Assembly (NCBI GenBank): GCA_020137815.1 | Contig: CM035361.1 | Location: 4,650,001 to 4,714,000, forward strand | Origin: Hormiphora californensis | Taxonomy: Eukaryota > Animalia > Ctenophora | Direction of reading: 5' to 3' | Length of the DNA: 64,000 bases | Shown: one piece after another, positions 1-12,338 of the stretch | How positions within the stretch are numbered: position 1 is the first letter of the stretch | Layout: each line of letters opens with the position of its first letter | The notes under the pieces: model-generated | Told to the model about the DNA's origin: nothing | The model's database searches: none | The model's input: the letters and a program-made list of their open reading frames with translations, nothing else | Position numbers and translations under genes: made by a program

Positions 1-1375
1 CTCTCTTTCTAAACCCCATATCGGGTGGGCCACCATTCTACTAGTGACGATTCTACTGCATACCGGTAATTGATCTGCGTCTCTCCCCCTGGACCCCACT
101 CTTCCTTCTCCTACTATATCTCTCTTTCTAAACCCCATACCGGGTGGGCCACCATTCTACTAGTGACGATTCTACTGCATACCGGTAATTGATCTGCCCT
201 CTCTCCCCCTGACCCCACTCTTCCTTCTCCTACTATATCTCTCTTTCTAAACCCCATATCGGGTGGGCCACCATTCTACTAGTGACGATTCTACTGCATA
301 CCGGTAATGATCTGCGTCTCTCCCCCTGACCCCACTCTTCCTTCTCCTACTATATCTCTCTTTCTAAACCCCCATACCGGGTGGGCCACCATTCTACTAG
401 TGACGATTCTACTGCATACGGTAATTGATCTGCGTCTCTCCCCCTTGACCCCACTCTTCCTTCTCCTACTATATCTCTCTTTCTAAACCCCATATCGGGT
501 GGGCCACCATTCTACTAGTGACGATTCTACTGCATACCGGTAATTGATCTGCCTCTCTCCCCCTGACCCCACTCTTCCTTCTCCTACTATATCTCTCTTT
601 CTAAACCCCATATCGGGTGGGCCACCATTCTACTAGTGACGATTCTACTGCATACCGGTAATTGATCTGCCTCTCTCCCCCTCACCCCACTCTTCCTTCT
701 CCTACTATATCTCTCTTTCTAAACCCCATACCGGGTGGGCCACCATTCTACTAGTGACGATTCTACTGCATACCGGTAATTGATCTGCCTCTCTCCCCCT
801 GACCCCACTCTTCCTTCTCCTACTATATCTCTCTTTCTAAACCCCATATCGGGTGGGCCACCATTCTACTAGTGACGATTCTACTGCATACCGGTAATTG
901 ATCTGCCTCTCTCCCCCTGACCCCACTCTTCCTTCTCCTACTATATCTCTCTTTCTAAACCCCATACCGGGTGGGCCACCATTCTACTAGTGACGATTCT
1001 ACTGCATACCGGTAATTGATCTGCCTCTCTCCCTCTGACCCCACTCTTCCTTCTCCTACTATATCTCTCTTTCTAAACCCCATATCGGGTGGGCCACCAT
1101 TCTACTAGTGACGATTCTACTACATACCGGTAATTGATCTGCGTCTCTCCCCCTGACCCCACTCTTCCTTATCCTACTATATCTCTCTTTCTAAACCCCA
1201 TATCGGGTGGGCCACCATTCTACTAGTGACGATTCTACTGCATACCGGTAATTGATCTGCCTCTCTCCCCCTGACCCCACTCTTCCTTCTCCTACTATAT
1301 CTCTCTTTCTAAACCCCATATCGGGTGGGCCACCATTCTACTAGTGACGATTCTACTGCATACCGGTAATTGATC
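1..1375 (+). repeat. ~118-bp tandem array, 12 copies of the BCKDHA phospho-loop exon plus GT donor and pyrimidine-rich spacer
   Basis: Near-identical units GGTGGGCCACCATTCTACTAGTGACGATTCTACTGCATACCG|gtaattgatctgc...ctaaaccccata(t/c)cg. Confidence 0.95.
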
Positions 1376-4300
1376 AATTAATACTATACTGCCTCTCTCC
1401 CCCAATCTGACCGCACTCCCCCACCTTTCTCCCAACTTCTACTTTCTCACTGCTCCCCACTCCCACTTTCCCTCTAAACCCCCTCTCCACCCACTCCCCA
1501 CTCTCACCACCCCTCCCTCTCCACTCTCTCCCTAATACAGAAGTATAGATGAGGTAAACTACTGATCCCACTATCCCCACTCTACCCCACTCCTAACCCT
1601 CCCTCTAAACCCCCACTTTACCCCACTCCCATTCTACCCCACTCTCACCACCCCTCCCTCCCCACCCCCACCCTCGCCACTCTCCCTAATACAGAAGTAT
1701 AGATGAGGTAAACTACTAATCCCACTATCCCCACTCCCACTCTACCCCACTCCTGTCTCCTCCTAACCCTCCCTCTACTCCCACTCTACCCACTCCTCCT
1801 AACCCTCCCTCTAAACCCCCACTTTACCCCACTCCCACTCTACCCCACTCCTCCTAACCCTCCCTCTAAACCCCCACTCCCACTCTACCCCACTGTTCCT
1901 AACCCTCCCTCTAAACCCCCACTCCCACTCTACCCCACTGTTCCTAACCCTCCCTCTAAACCCCTACTCCCTCTCTACCCCACTGTTCCTAACCCTCCCT
2001 CTAAACCCCCACTCCCACTCTACCCCACTCCTCCTAACCCTCCCTCTAAACCCCTACTCCCTCTCTACCCCACTGTTCCTAACCCTCCCTCTAAACCCCC
2101 ACTCTACCCCACTATCCCCACTCTCCACCCTCTCCACTCTCACCACCCTCTCCACTCTCTCCACCCTCTCCACTCTCTATCCCGGCCCAACTCACATTCT
2201 CCCGACTCCCTCTAAACGCTCACTCTCCCTAATACAGAAGTATAGATGAGGTTAACTACTAATCCCACTATCCCCACTCCCACTCTACCTCACTCTCACC
2301 ACCCCTCCCTCTAAACCCCCACTCCCACTCTACCCCACTCTCACCACCCCTCCCTCTACTCCCACTCTACTTACCCAACTCACATTCTCCCGACTCCCTC
2401 TCCACCCCACTCTCCCTAATACAGAAGTATAGATGAGGTTAACTACTAATCCCACTATCCCCACTCCCACTCTACCTCACTCTCACACCCCTCCCTCTAA
2501 CCCCCACTCCCACTCTACCCCACTCTCACCACCCCGCCCTCTACTCCCACTCTACTTACCCCACTCACATTCTCCCGACTCCCTCTCCACCCCACTCTCC
2601 CTAATACAGAAGTATAGATAAGGTAAACTACTAATCCCACTATCCCCACTCCCACTCTACCTCACTCTCACCACCCCTCCCTCTAAACCCCCACTCCCAC
2701 TCTACCCCACTCTCACCACCCCTCCCTCTACTCCCACTCTACTTACCCCACTCACATTCTCCCGACTCCCTCTCCACCCCACTCTCCCTAATACAGAAGT
2801 ATAGATGAGGTTAACTACTAATCCCACTATCCCCACTCCCACTCTACCTCACTCTCACCACCCCTCCCTCTAAACCCCCACTCCCACTCTACCCCACTCT
2901 CACCACCCCTCCCTCTACTCCCACTCTACTTACCCCACTCACATTCTCCCGACTCCCTCTCCACCCCACTCTCCCTAATACAGAAGTATAGATAAGGTAA
3001 ACTACTAATCCCACTATCCCCACTCCCACTCTCTATCCCCACTCCCACTCTCTATACCGGCCCCACTCCCACTCTCTTCTCCCTCTAAACTCTCACTCTC
3101 CCTAATACAGGAGTATAGATGAGGTTAACTACTGGGACCGGGAGGACAGTCCAGTGGGTCGGTTAGCACAACATCTCATTACCAAGGGCCTATGGAGCAC
3201 TGATCTAGAGGAATCATACGCTAAAGAGGTAGTTGGATAGTCTTAGGAACCGACCGAATCAGGAAATACTGGTCCCTGATTGGCTGATAACCAGTCACGT
3301 GACCTAAATAACGAGTTGGGGGGGCCGTCACCTTTTTTTTTGTCTACAGGAACATTGCACCAGATTTTGAAAATGAAAGTGTAGACAAAAGTAGACAAAA
3401 GTAGACAAAACTTTTTTTTTCAAGTTAATAATAATAATAATACAGTCAGACCCCGATTTAGGGGCCCCCGATTTAGTGGCACCCCGATTTAGGGACAGGA
3501 TTTTTTTCCCCCGATATAGGAAATTAACCTTATTTGACCCCGATTTAGTGGACACCCCGATTTAGTGGACAAGAGCCTTTCCCCCGAGGGTGTCCCTAAA
3601 TCGGGGTCCGACTGTAACTATGTTTATATTCCGCCCATATCCGACAGGGACAGAGCAGTGAAACTGCTGCTGTCACTGAAGGATAATCTGAACGGTTAAT
3701 ATACTAGTAAGACCTTGACAACTTATCCCTAATAGAACAAAAATTAATAAAGAAAAAACACCGGCTCACATTACTATCGGCTCACATAACTATCGGTGAC
3801 TGATTACATAACAGACTGAGTTAGAGTCCTGGAACTCTAAAAAGATTGATATAAAAGTCCGTAGATTGGAAACACAGAAAAACACTCGTGCTATGAAAAA
3901 ACCCAACTTATGCTTCACACTTCTGCTCGCCACGAGTTAAGAATTTTTTTTAAATTTTCTGCACTTGTTAAGTATTCTCATACACATTATCTACGTTTCT
4001 ATTAGTAATTTCGATTTTAATTGCCCCCTCTTTACCCCCAACCACAAAAGTAGACAAAAGTAGACAAAAATTTTTCAAGTTTAGAAAACAATTCCCAAAC
4101 AATTTCTATCCTTGATATTTATTTCCATGTTCTCTATTTGGACTATATTTATGTGTGTACGGGTGTTTGTGACTTCAATTGCTCCCTCTTTACCCCCAAA
4201 CACTCTTAGAACACTTTAGGAACACCTGTAGACAAAAGTAGACAAAAAATTTCAAGTTTAGAAAACGATTTTTATCCTCGATATGTATTTCCATGTCCTC

Positions 4301-6139
4301 TATTTATGTGTGTATGGGTGTTTGTGACTTCAATTGCCCCCTCTTTACCCCAAACACTCTTAGAACACTTTAGGAACACCTGTAGACAAAAGTAGACAAA
4401 AGTAGACAAAAAAATTTCAAGTTTAGAAAACAATTCCCAAACAATAATTTCTATCATTGATATGTATTTCTATGTTCTCTATTGGAACTATATTTATGTG
4501 TATACGGGTGTTTGTGACTTCAATTGCTCCCTCTTTACCCCCAAACACTCTTAGAACACTTTAGGAACACCTGTAGACAAAAGTAGACAAAAGTAGACAA
4601 TAAAATGTCAAGTTTTAGAAAACGATTTCTATCCTTGATATGTGTTTCCATGTTCTCTATTTATATGTGTATGGGTGTTTGTGACTTCAATTGTCCCCTC
4701 TTTACCCCCAAACAATCTTAGAACACTTTAGGAACACCTGTAGACAAAAGTAGACAAAAAGTTTTCGAGTTTAGAAAACAATTCCCAAACAATTTCTATC
4801 CTTGATATGTATTTCCATGTTCTCTATTGGGACTATATTTATGTGTGTACGGGTGTTTGTGACTTCAATTGCTCCCTCTTTACCCCCAAACACTCTTAGA
4901 ACACTTTAGGAACACCTTTAGACAAAAGTAGACAAAAAGTTTTCAAGTTTAGAAAACGATTTCTATCCTTGATATGTATTTCCATGTTCTCTATTTATGT
5001 GTGTATGGGTGTTTGTGACTTCAATTGCCCCCTCTTTAGCCCCAAACACTCTTAGAACACTTTAGGAACACCTGTAGACAAAAGTAGACAAAAAGTTTTC
5101 AAGTTTAGAAAACAATTCCCAAACAATTTCTATCCTTGATATGTATTTCCATGTTCTCTATTGGGACTATATTTATGTGTGTACGGGTGTTTGTGACTTC
5201 AATTGCTCCCTCTTTACCCCCAAACACTCTTAGAACACTTTAGGAATACCTGTAGACAAAAGTAGACAAAAGTAGACAAAAAATTTCTAGTTTAGAAAAC
5301 GATTTAGAAAATTATTTTTTAAATTTTCTGCACTTGTTAAGTATTCTCATATAATACTTTATCTACGTTTTTATTAGTAGTTTCGTTTTCAATTGCCCCC
5401 TATTTACCCCCAAACACTCTTGTCTATAACACTCGACTACAGTAATTGTTCTTAAAGTTTTCTAATTTAGGAATAAAGAAGGGGCCATTGGAATATGAAT
5501 AATTAATAAAAAACATATCCAAAGTATAATATGAAAATACTTAACAATTAAAGAAAATGCAGAAATTGTTTTCTGTACTTGAAAATTTTTTGTCTACTTT
5601 TGTCTACTTTTGTCTACTTTTGTCTACTTTGCACTGAAATTTTCAAAGTGCTGTAGACAAAAGTAGACAAAAAAAAGGTGACGGCCCCCCCAACGAGTTC
5701 TGATTGGTTGTTTACTTGTTTCGGTCGGTTCCTGGATATTCTTATCTCTTCTGATAGTACACATTTATCTAATAATTCACAACGATATATTTATTACAAT
5801 CAATCAAGCATTGACCTGAGTCCTCACTCCTCAGTCCTGTTCCTTTTCTCATTTCTTTCAAAGCACACGAGAATTACAGTGGTCATCGAGGGTTGGCCTG
5901 ACAGGGTTAAACTCTTCCTCAAAATGCAGCTAACCCCTTCATTATTCTAGTGCCGGAAAGAAATAATGACGTCATTTGCTCGGGCGGAATCTGAACGAAG
6001 CCCCAATCCTCTATGGGTCTTTGACGATGTATACGACTCTCTCTCGGATCATCTGGTCGAACAGAGACGAGAGATGAGGGAGCATCTAGAGAAATACGGA
6101 GAGAACTATTCTCTTGATAAATACATGCCTGTGGAGTAA
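24..6139 (+). CDS. BCKDHA: Branched-chain alpha-keto acid dehydrogenase E1 alpha, 3' part (5' exons lie outside the window)
   Basis: A 42-nt exon-like unit (first copy 24-65) reads (R)VGHHSTSDDSTAYR. Exon 3111-3228 reads SIDEVNYWDREDSPVGRLAQHLITKGLWSTDLEESYAKE. Last exon 5951-6139 reads CRKEIMTSFARAESERSPNPLWVFDDVYDSLSDHLVEQRREMREHLEKYGENYSLDKYMPVE*. Phases are consistent and the peptide matches the known BCKDHA C-terminus. Which 42-nt copy is spliced is unknown. Confidence 0.93.
1380..3110 (+). repeat. C-rich intronic repeats (~187-bp period in 2220-3000) carrying copies of the next acceptor and exon start
   Basis: ctccctaatacag|aagtatagat(g/a)aggt(t/a)aactact with AG ending near 1540, 1694, 2237, 2424, 2609, 2796, 2983; the productive acceptor ends at 3110. 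Confidence 0.9.
3427..3936 (-). mobile_element. 3'-UTR fragment of a LINE with (TTA)n tail
   Basis: 3617-3936 is nearly identical to 25608-25933, which lies downstream of a LINE ORF2 C-terminus; (AAT)n at 3427-3442. Confidence 0.85.
3443..3614. mobile_element. Tc1/mariner-type MITE (family B)
   Basis: CAGTC(A/G)GACCCCGATTTA TIRs, TA TSD, inserted in the LINE tail. Confidence 0.88.
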
Positions 6140-6723
6140 ATGTTTTGGACTTTGAGGTTTTAAAATAGAAGGGTGTTCTGAAAAATGTTTGAGTGGTTTT
6201 AACAATATTACAACTTTATTATTGTTGGAAGTTAACTATGAATGAGCTATGTGTTTTTGGGATACCGAATCGTGTTAGATTGAATATTTATACGTTCTTT
6301 TTTGTTTCAAAAAGGATAATATTTCCTGGGTTTCTATATGTGCTGCTTTCTACTTTTTAATTTCCAAATCCGCGAGTCTCCCATTCTCCAAACTAAAACA
6401 GCCCCCGCATATATCCACATATGCTTGTAGGGACTGTAGTGGGACAAGGCGGAAGAAGTCGGATATATTCATTTTATGCATTTGTTCATGCTCCAAGGAG
6501 GCCAGGTGTCTGACCCCCCAGCACAGGTTGTAACGCGCGGTATGTGGTTGTGAAGGGTTCTCCGCGCGGGAATACATATTGTACAGGACGCGCAGTATAC
6601 CGTGGGAATTTGTGTACAATGTATTTTCCTGGGAACCTGCCCTCAATTGTCCACGATCTCATGTTGTGAAAAAGTGGCAGGTTTTGGAAATTGGAATCAT
6701 CGCTCCTTGATTTTTCTGAGACC

Positions 6724-6937
6724 TAACGGCCTCCCTTGCACCTCCGGAGACGTCTCCCAATTCCCAAAGACGTCCCAGCTGAGGCTGACATGTTCCCAGT
6801 CTGTTGGCTCTCACACCGGGCCTTCGCGAACGACAGACTGGCATATGCATGACTTCTCGGGCGGTGCATCTATTATGATCCCCCAGCTGGGACGTCTCTG
6901 GGGACGTCTCCGGGAGATCTCCGGAGGAAGGCCGTTA
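6724..6937. mobile_element. Degenerate MITE-like inverted repeat
   Basis: TAACGGCC...GGCCGTTA ends with internal inverted GACGTCCCAGCTG and CTCCGGAGA motifs. Confidence 0.5.
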
Positions 6938-7111
6938 TTACTAATTGATCATTTCTCATACCCGGGTTCTTTTTTGTAAGTTGTTGTCTGTAGACAATTT
7001 TGAAATAAAATGAAAACTTTTTAGGTCAGCATCATACAAAATTCACGTAGATTGGTACAAAAAATGAATCACAATTGTCACATACTATACATTTCATGTC
7101 ATTTTTGGCTA

Positions 7112-8473
7112 GGGGAGCCACAGGTAATATGGGATACCTAACAACTTTTGGCCATAATTTTTTTTCAGATGACAATAAAGTCACGCCGTCTTCATAGGTG
7201 TGTCTTATTTGGACCAGGCTAACACATTACCACCAAAAATACCCCAACGAATGCTCCACAACGGAGATCTGGCACTATCCCATATTACCTTGAAAATTTG
7301 CAGTGGAATTTTATTTTGGTGAAATGGGATACCCATTTTTAACGAAAATGGGATATCCCATTTTATCAAAAAATTGGTATCCCATTTTATCAAAATTAAT
7401 TTTTCGTCAGAATATGGTTAGTTTAAATTGCACTTTGCTTGGATTAAACTAGTTTGTAATGGTATTTAAGTTTTGTTTACAATTAGTATGTGGTCTGAAG
7501 GCTCCCGCCATTGCCGGCAGCCGTGAAATCATGAAAAGTTAGGAACAAGCTACCTAATTTCTTCACCAACGGGTCCCTAAAGCCTCATTTCACACTACTA
7601 AGTTCAACGGGAGGGGTAAAAGCGTGAACAGGTTCATTTCCTAGCGGGGTGCTACCTGTATATAATTTCAGACAGGTCCAAAATTAAGAAATTCTTTAAA
7701 GTTTGCTAAAGAATTGGGGACCAAAGAGTTCATCGTTAACACATAAATGTGGATAATATTTAGACTTTAGTAACTGCTAAGAAAGGTACATGGATACCAG
7801 AAACCTTTTGGTGTCTATAATAGAAGATTAGATTAATGAGAATTAAATAATTATATCCACACGTTTAGTCGTATTCTGCAGTTGTCACTCGGTGCATTTT
7901 TTTAGAGAATACAAGTTTTTTCGAGTTATGAGCGAAAATAGGCTATATTAATAATCGTTACTGAGAAATTTGCGTTTAAATGGCCGCTTAAACAGCCAAA
8001 ATTTCAGTATTCCATTTTTCCAAAACATGTTTTGGAAAAATGGGATAGTGAAAATTTGGTAAAATGGGGTATCCCATTTGAGTAAAATAAAAGTATCCCA
8101 TTATACCAAAATCATGAGTTTCTATAATTAGCTAATTATAATTAGACACGTTCATTCTGATGCTGTGATCTCTTTAGGTATCGCTAATAAATATCTTGCT
8201 CATAAACTAAGCCAATCGATAATTTCTAAAAGAAACAGAGACGTGTGTACCAAATGAAAGAAGTGGCCTGGTTTTTCACTTTCCTTATTTTAAGATGACG
8301 AGGGTGCTAGTGTACCATCTAAACACTTCCCACCAAGGCTATAAACGGTTTCAGAACTAATCTAAGATCATTAATAAGAGTTGTTAACTATTTATGAGCC
8401 TGTGACATGGCTAATCTTTTCAAAACACCGATTTCCCATTTTACCAAATTTCCCATATTACCTGTGGCTCCCC
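7112..8473. mobile_element. Non-autonomous DNA transposon, TA-flanked (pogo/Tc1-like)
   Basis: 23-bp TIR GGGGAGCCACAGGTAATATGGGA; internal GGGATACCC repeats. Confidence 0.8.
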
Positions 8474-8835
8474 TACTGATTTTCACTAATACTGAATCAG
8501 TATCACTGATCTGATACTGATCTGTATTTAGCATTTGTCTGGAATCGGGTTGAAATTCTGCCGAGTCATAGATCACTGATCAGAGGCTTGTGTAAAGAAA
8601 GATGTCTTCAAATCTCAGTGGGATGTGATTATCGTATCAAGGAGATTTCCGCTTGTAAGATTTTCCCTTTCTATAAAATGTCCTCCTCGATACACTTGTT
8701 AAGGGTACTATACACCAAGTCAGACATCTCTGCAGCTCTGCCCTGACATCACAGTTAGCTCACGCACACTTTGTTCATTTTTCAACTGTTCATGATTTCA
8801 GTGGCGCAACAAAAATATAAAGTGTCTGTTTTCAA

Positions 8836-8944
8836 CAGGAACCGACCGAATCAGGAAATACTGTTCCCTGATTGGCTGATAACCAGTCACGTGACCTAAA
8901 TAACGAGTTCTGATTGGTTGTTTACTTAATCCGGTCGGTTCCTG
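8836..8944. mobile_element. MITE family A
   Basis: CAGGAACCGACCG TIR; exact 8-bp TSD GTTTTCAA. Confidence 0.92.
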
Positions 8945-9246
8945 GTTTTCAAGCACTGAAAATGTTCGGGTCGGATTCAAAAGTTCCTGTACTTTCGTCG
9001 AATAATTTGTCTCTCTCCCCTGTCAGCTCACATGACAAAATGAAATTGCATTTTCTTCTTAAGTTGTTACTCAGCCTCAGCCTGTGTCTTATCTGCCTGA
9101 AACACAAGCAGCTAGTCACGAGCTAGTGGCATACAGCTTATCTAACACTGCTCAGCAAAATGTGCAGTAAAATATAGGAAACAAGCAATCGGCGGATTTG
9201 AAAATTTCCAATTTCTCAATCTCACCTGCTTTATCTGTGAAATCCG

Positions 9247-12200
9247 TCACCACCACCACCACCATTTGGCATTGAGAAGCTCCTTGATGGTCGTGAAGTC
9301 GTAGAATTTCTTGAAGAATTTGATGAAGAGGAAGAGGTTGAGGGGGATCTTCCTGTTCCAATTCCTGAATCTAAAATAAAAATAACGTTGTATCAGACCA
9401 CACGAAAAAAAGAGATATGATCCTAATTTGAAATGTCTGGCGGTATATATAGTAGTATTACAGTCGGACCCCGATTTAACGGCACCCTGATCGGGGGAAA
9501 GGGTTTTGTCTTAAATCGGGGTATCCGCTAAATCGGGGTCAAATACTATGTCGGGGGAAGATTATCCTGCCGTTAAATCGGGGTGCTGACTGTAATCAAA
9601 AACTTTACCTTGACTCGTCTGTCCTATCAAAACTGCTGGCGCTGCTTCTGGAACCGTATCCTGTTGAACCTAAAACATTATTACTTCGTACCGTAATCTG
9701 GGGTAACTTTGTTTTGCAGGGTAACTTTGGACACTTTCAAAATTTGGCTTTAGTCCAAAATTACCAACAGATAACGACAGATTTGGCATAATTTTTGGGT
9801 GTACAAGTAATTGACCCACAAATGTCTAAGTAACTAACGGTGCAATTATTTTTTTCAATTCTATGCTAATCAGCTCCTAATTAGAGCCAAACATAATTGA
9901 TGTCAAAATCGCTAAAAATGTTCAAATCAAAATGGGTACCATAGATTTGACCGGGCTAATGACCGAATCAAGTTTGCCCCATAGAGTGGAAGGGTTTCGA
10001 TCAAATAATTCGGGGTACCATTTTTCAAACCCGATCAATTACTTTAATTGAGACTAATAGGGGTGGCTAATGTTACCCCACCATTTTTTGAATTTTGGGG
10101 TAACTTTGGACGGGGTGCCAAAGTTACCCCACACTACAGGTTTTGAACTTTTGATGTCTGTAGAGTTGCCTTAGACCCTCACTGAATTATTTAGGGCCAT
10201 ATAACCAAGATTCAGCCCACTCCACGCCCATTTCCATCTATCTATTCGATAGGTTAGTGAAAAAAACTAGGATTTGGAATACTCTATGGAGCTAAATCAC
10301 AGTAATCCGGCCTGAAACCCATCAAACTTCAATAATTTGGGGTTCCTCATCCATCCTGTAGCTTGTTAGATGGTATTGGATCTCTAGGCGAGTGTTCTAG
10401 TTCTTGTAGACAATCTATGCAGGAACACAGGTACCAAAACTCCTTTATTTAGCCAGTACCCATAAGTAGACCACTTCCTGTCTATCCAATTCAGCAAAAA
10501 GAACTAACACACTCGCCTAGATAGAGGGCCAATACCATCTACCAAACTACAGGATGGATGAGGGACCCCAAATTACTGAAGTTTGATAGGTTTCAGGCCG
10601 GATGTGGCAACCTCTAAATCAAGTCCGATTGAGCTGAAATTTTATTTGGTGGCTAGTTTCATCATTCCTCACACCCAAAAAAGTTGAGTCGACATCATTT
10701 ATTGACCCATTTAAACCCCATTTAAACATTTTAGGTTCATTTATTTATCATTGCAAAATGTTCGAATTTATGTTTGTTCCAATATTACTATCGTGGGGTA
10801 ACTTTGGACGGGTGTCCAAAGTTACCCCACCCTCATTCCAAAGTTACCCCATGCCCTAAAACCCCACTTACACTAAAATACACGTTAATTAATGTAATTA
10901 AATGAGAGGGGACCAAAAATTTCACTAGTTATATCTGGTGTACTAGGTCTGGAACGGGATTTTTTGGTTCAAAAATTTTCGAGTGTGGTTCTGGCAAGGA
11001 ATTATTTTAGAAGAATGCTAAAAAGTGGTTGTACAAAGTTACCCCAACTTACGGTATAAACTTCGAGAAGGCTGAAGGAACCTAAAACTTATATTACCTA
11101 AAACTTATATTACCCGGATGTAAAATTAAACAAGAAAAGGACTAAGAAATTTAGTGCCATCATATCAGTATAAAATAACGATGAGATAATTAGTAATTAG
11201 GTTAATTGGTAAGTAATTAGTAATAACTTACCATTATTTGTTCCCTTGTTTGCCCCCGTGTAAAACCCCTGCCCTATTTTCCCTTGCTTCGCTAGCTCAT
11301 TGGTAGGCACGTATTTCTTGAAAGTTGTAGGCATACTACTCGTCCGATTTGAGTTCGATTTGTTGTTGTTGTTGTTGTTGTTATTGTTATTGCTGAAACA
11401 AATTTCCAATAAATCAACAAATATAGAAGGGTTGCTTCAACAGCTGCAGTATCAAATGACTTTGTGACATGAACACCTAGTGAGCGACTAACAGTGCTGC
11501 TTGCAGTCAAAATACGGTAACGCAAAATACAGTAAGGAGACGCGCACGGTGCATAACGTGCGGCAAAAAGTTCATGTGTCAGCACGTACTAGCGCCCTGT
11601 AGGGCACACGAGTTAGGTTCCTCGTGTTCCTACATTGTTTCTCTCTCAGAGTGGCTGAGAGTTAGTCAGGATAGGTATTTGATGATCTTATGATGGTTGA
11701 GAGTGAGTTAGGAGGATACAAATATTTAGGAATTCTTTAGGGGAGAATAGATATTATTTATTTGTTACAAGAGTTAGGGAGAGATATTAGAAGAAGAGAT
11801 TTTGGGACAATGTTTTAGATGAGTAGGAATAGCGGGTAGCCGCGTACTGGGGATTGTGCGACGTGCCGAGAGGAGAAGCTGCCACGTCAGCCTAGGCTGG
11901 CGTGGATCGCGTGATCTGAGAAAGAGGTGACCAGAGAGCGAGAGATGAGAGAGGGGAGAGTTCTGTTTTGAGGGGATTAGAATATGTGGCTCGGGAGATG
12001 GTGGGGAAAACCATCTCTCTTATATATTGGCTTTGCCCGAGTTTTGTGAGTCTCGTAGGAGGAGAAAGAGTTGTTTGAGGGAGTTGAGTTATTAGCAATA
12101 TGGTGTATTATCTATTTAGTCCAAAAACCAATTAAATAAATTAGTTTGGATGCCCGGGCCCATGTGGTGTCACGGGGGTAACACCTTCAGACTACTGAAT

Positions 12201-12272
12201 ATCTTGTTAAATGTTATCCTTCAATCTGTCTATCTTTATCTATCTCTCTCTCACTCACTCTCTCTCACACAC

Positions 12273-12338
<66 letters not shown>

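Larger units (their letters stand above)
3318..5691. mobile_element. Non-autonomous DNA transposon with GG termini (Merlin- or MULE-like), internal ~160-bp tandem repeats
   Basis: TIR GGGGGGGCCGTCACCTTTTTTTT(T)GTCTAC at both ends; exact 8-bp TSD AACGAGTT (3310-3317, 5692-5699); many AAGTAGACAA subterminal repeats; no transposase ORF. Confidence 0.88.
3244..5734. mobile_element. ~110-bp hAT-like MITE (family A), split by a 2.4-kb insertion
   Basis: Left half 3244-3317, right half 5692-5734; 8-bp TSD gatagtct/gatattct with one mismatch. Confidence 0.85.

Noticed and set aside
1-1375. CRISPR array or RNA-gene (5S/SL) tandem array
   Set aside because: No unique spacers, eukaryotic context, and the unit translates to a BCKDHA motif.
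1380-3110. Degenerate telomere/subtelomere (CTAACCC-like words)
   Set aside because: It lies between two consecutive BCKDHA exons and has no pure (CCCTAA)n tract.
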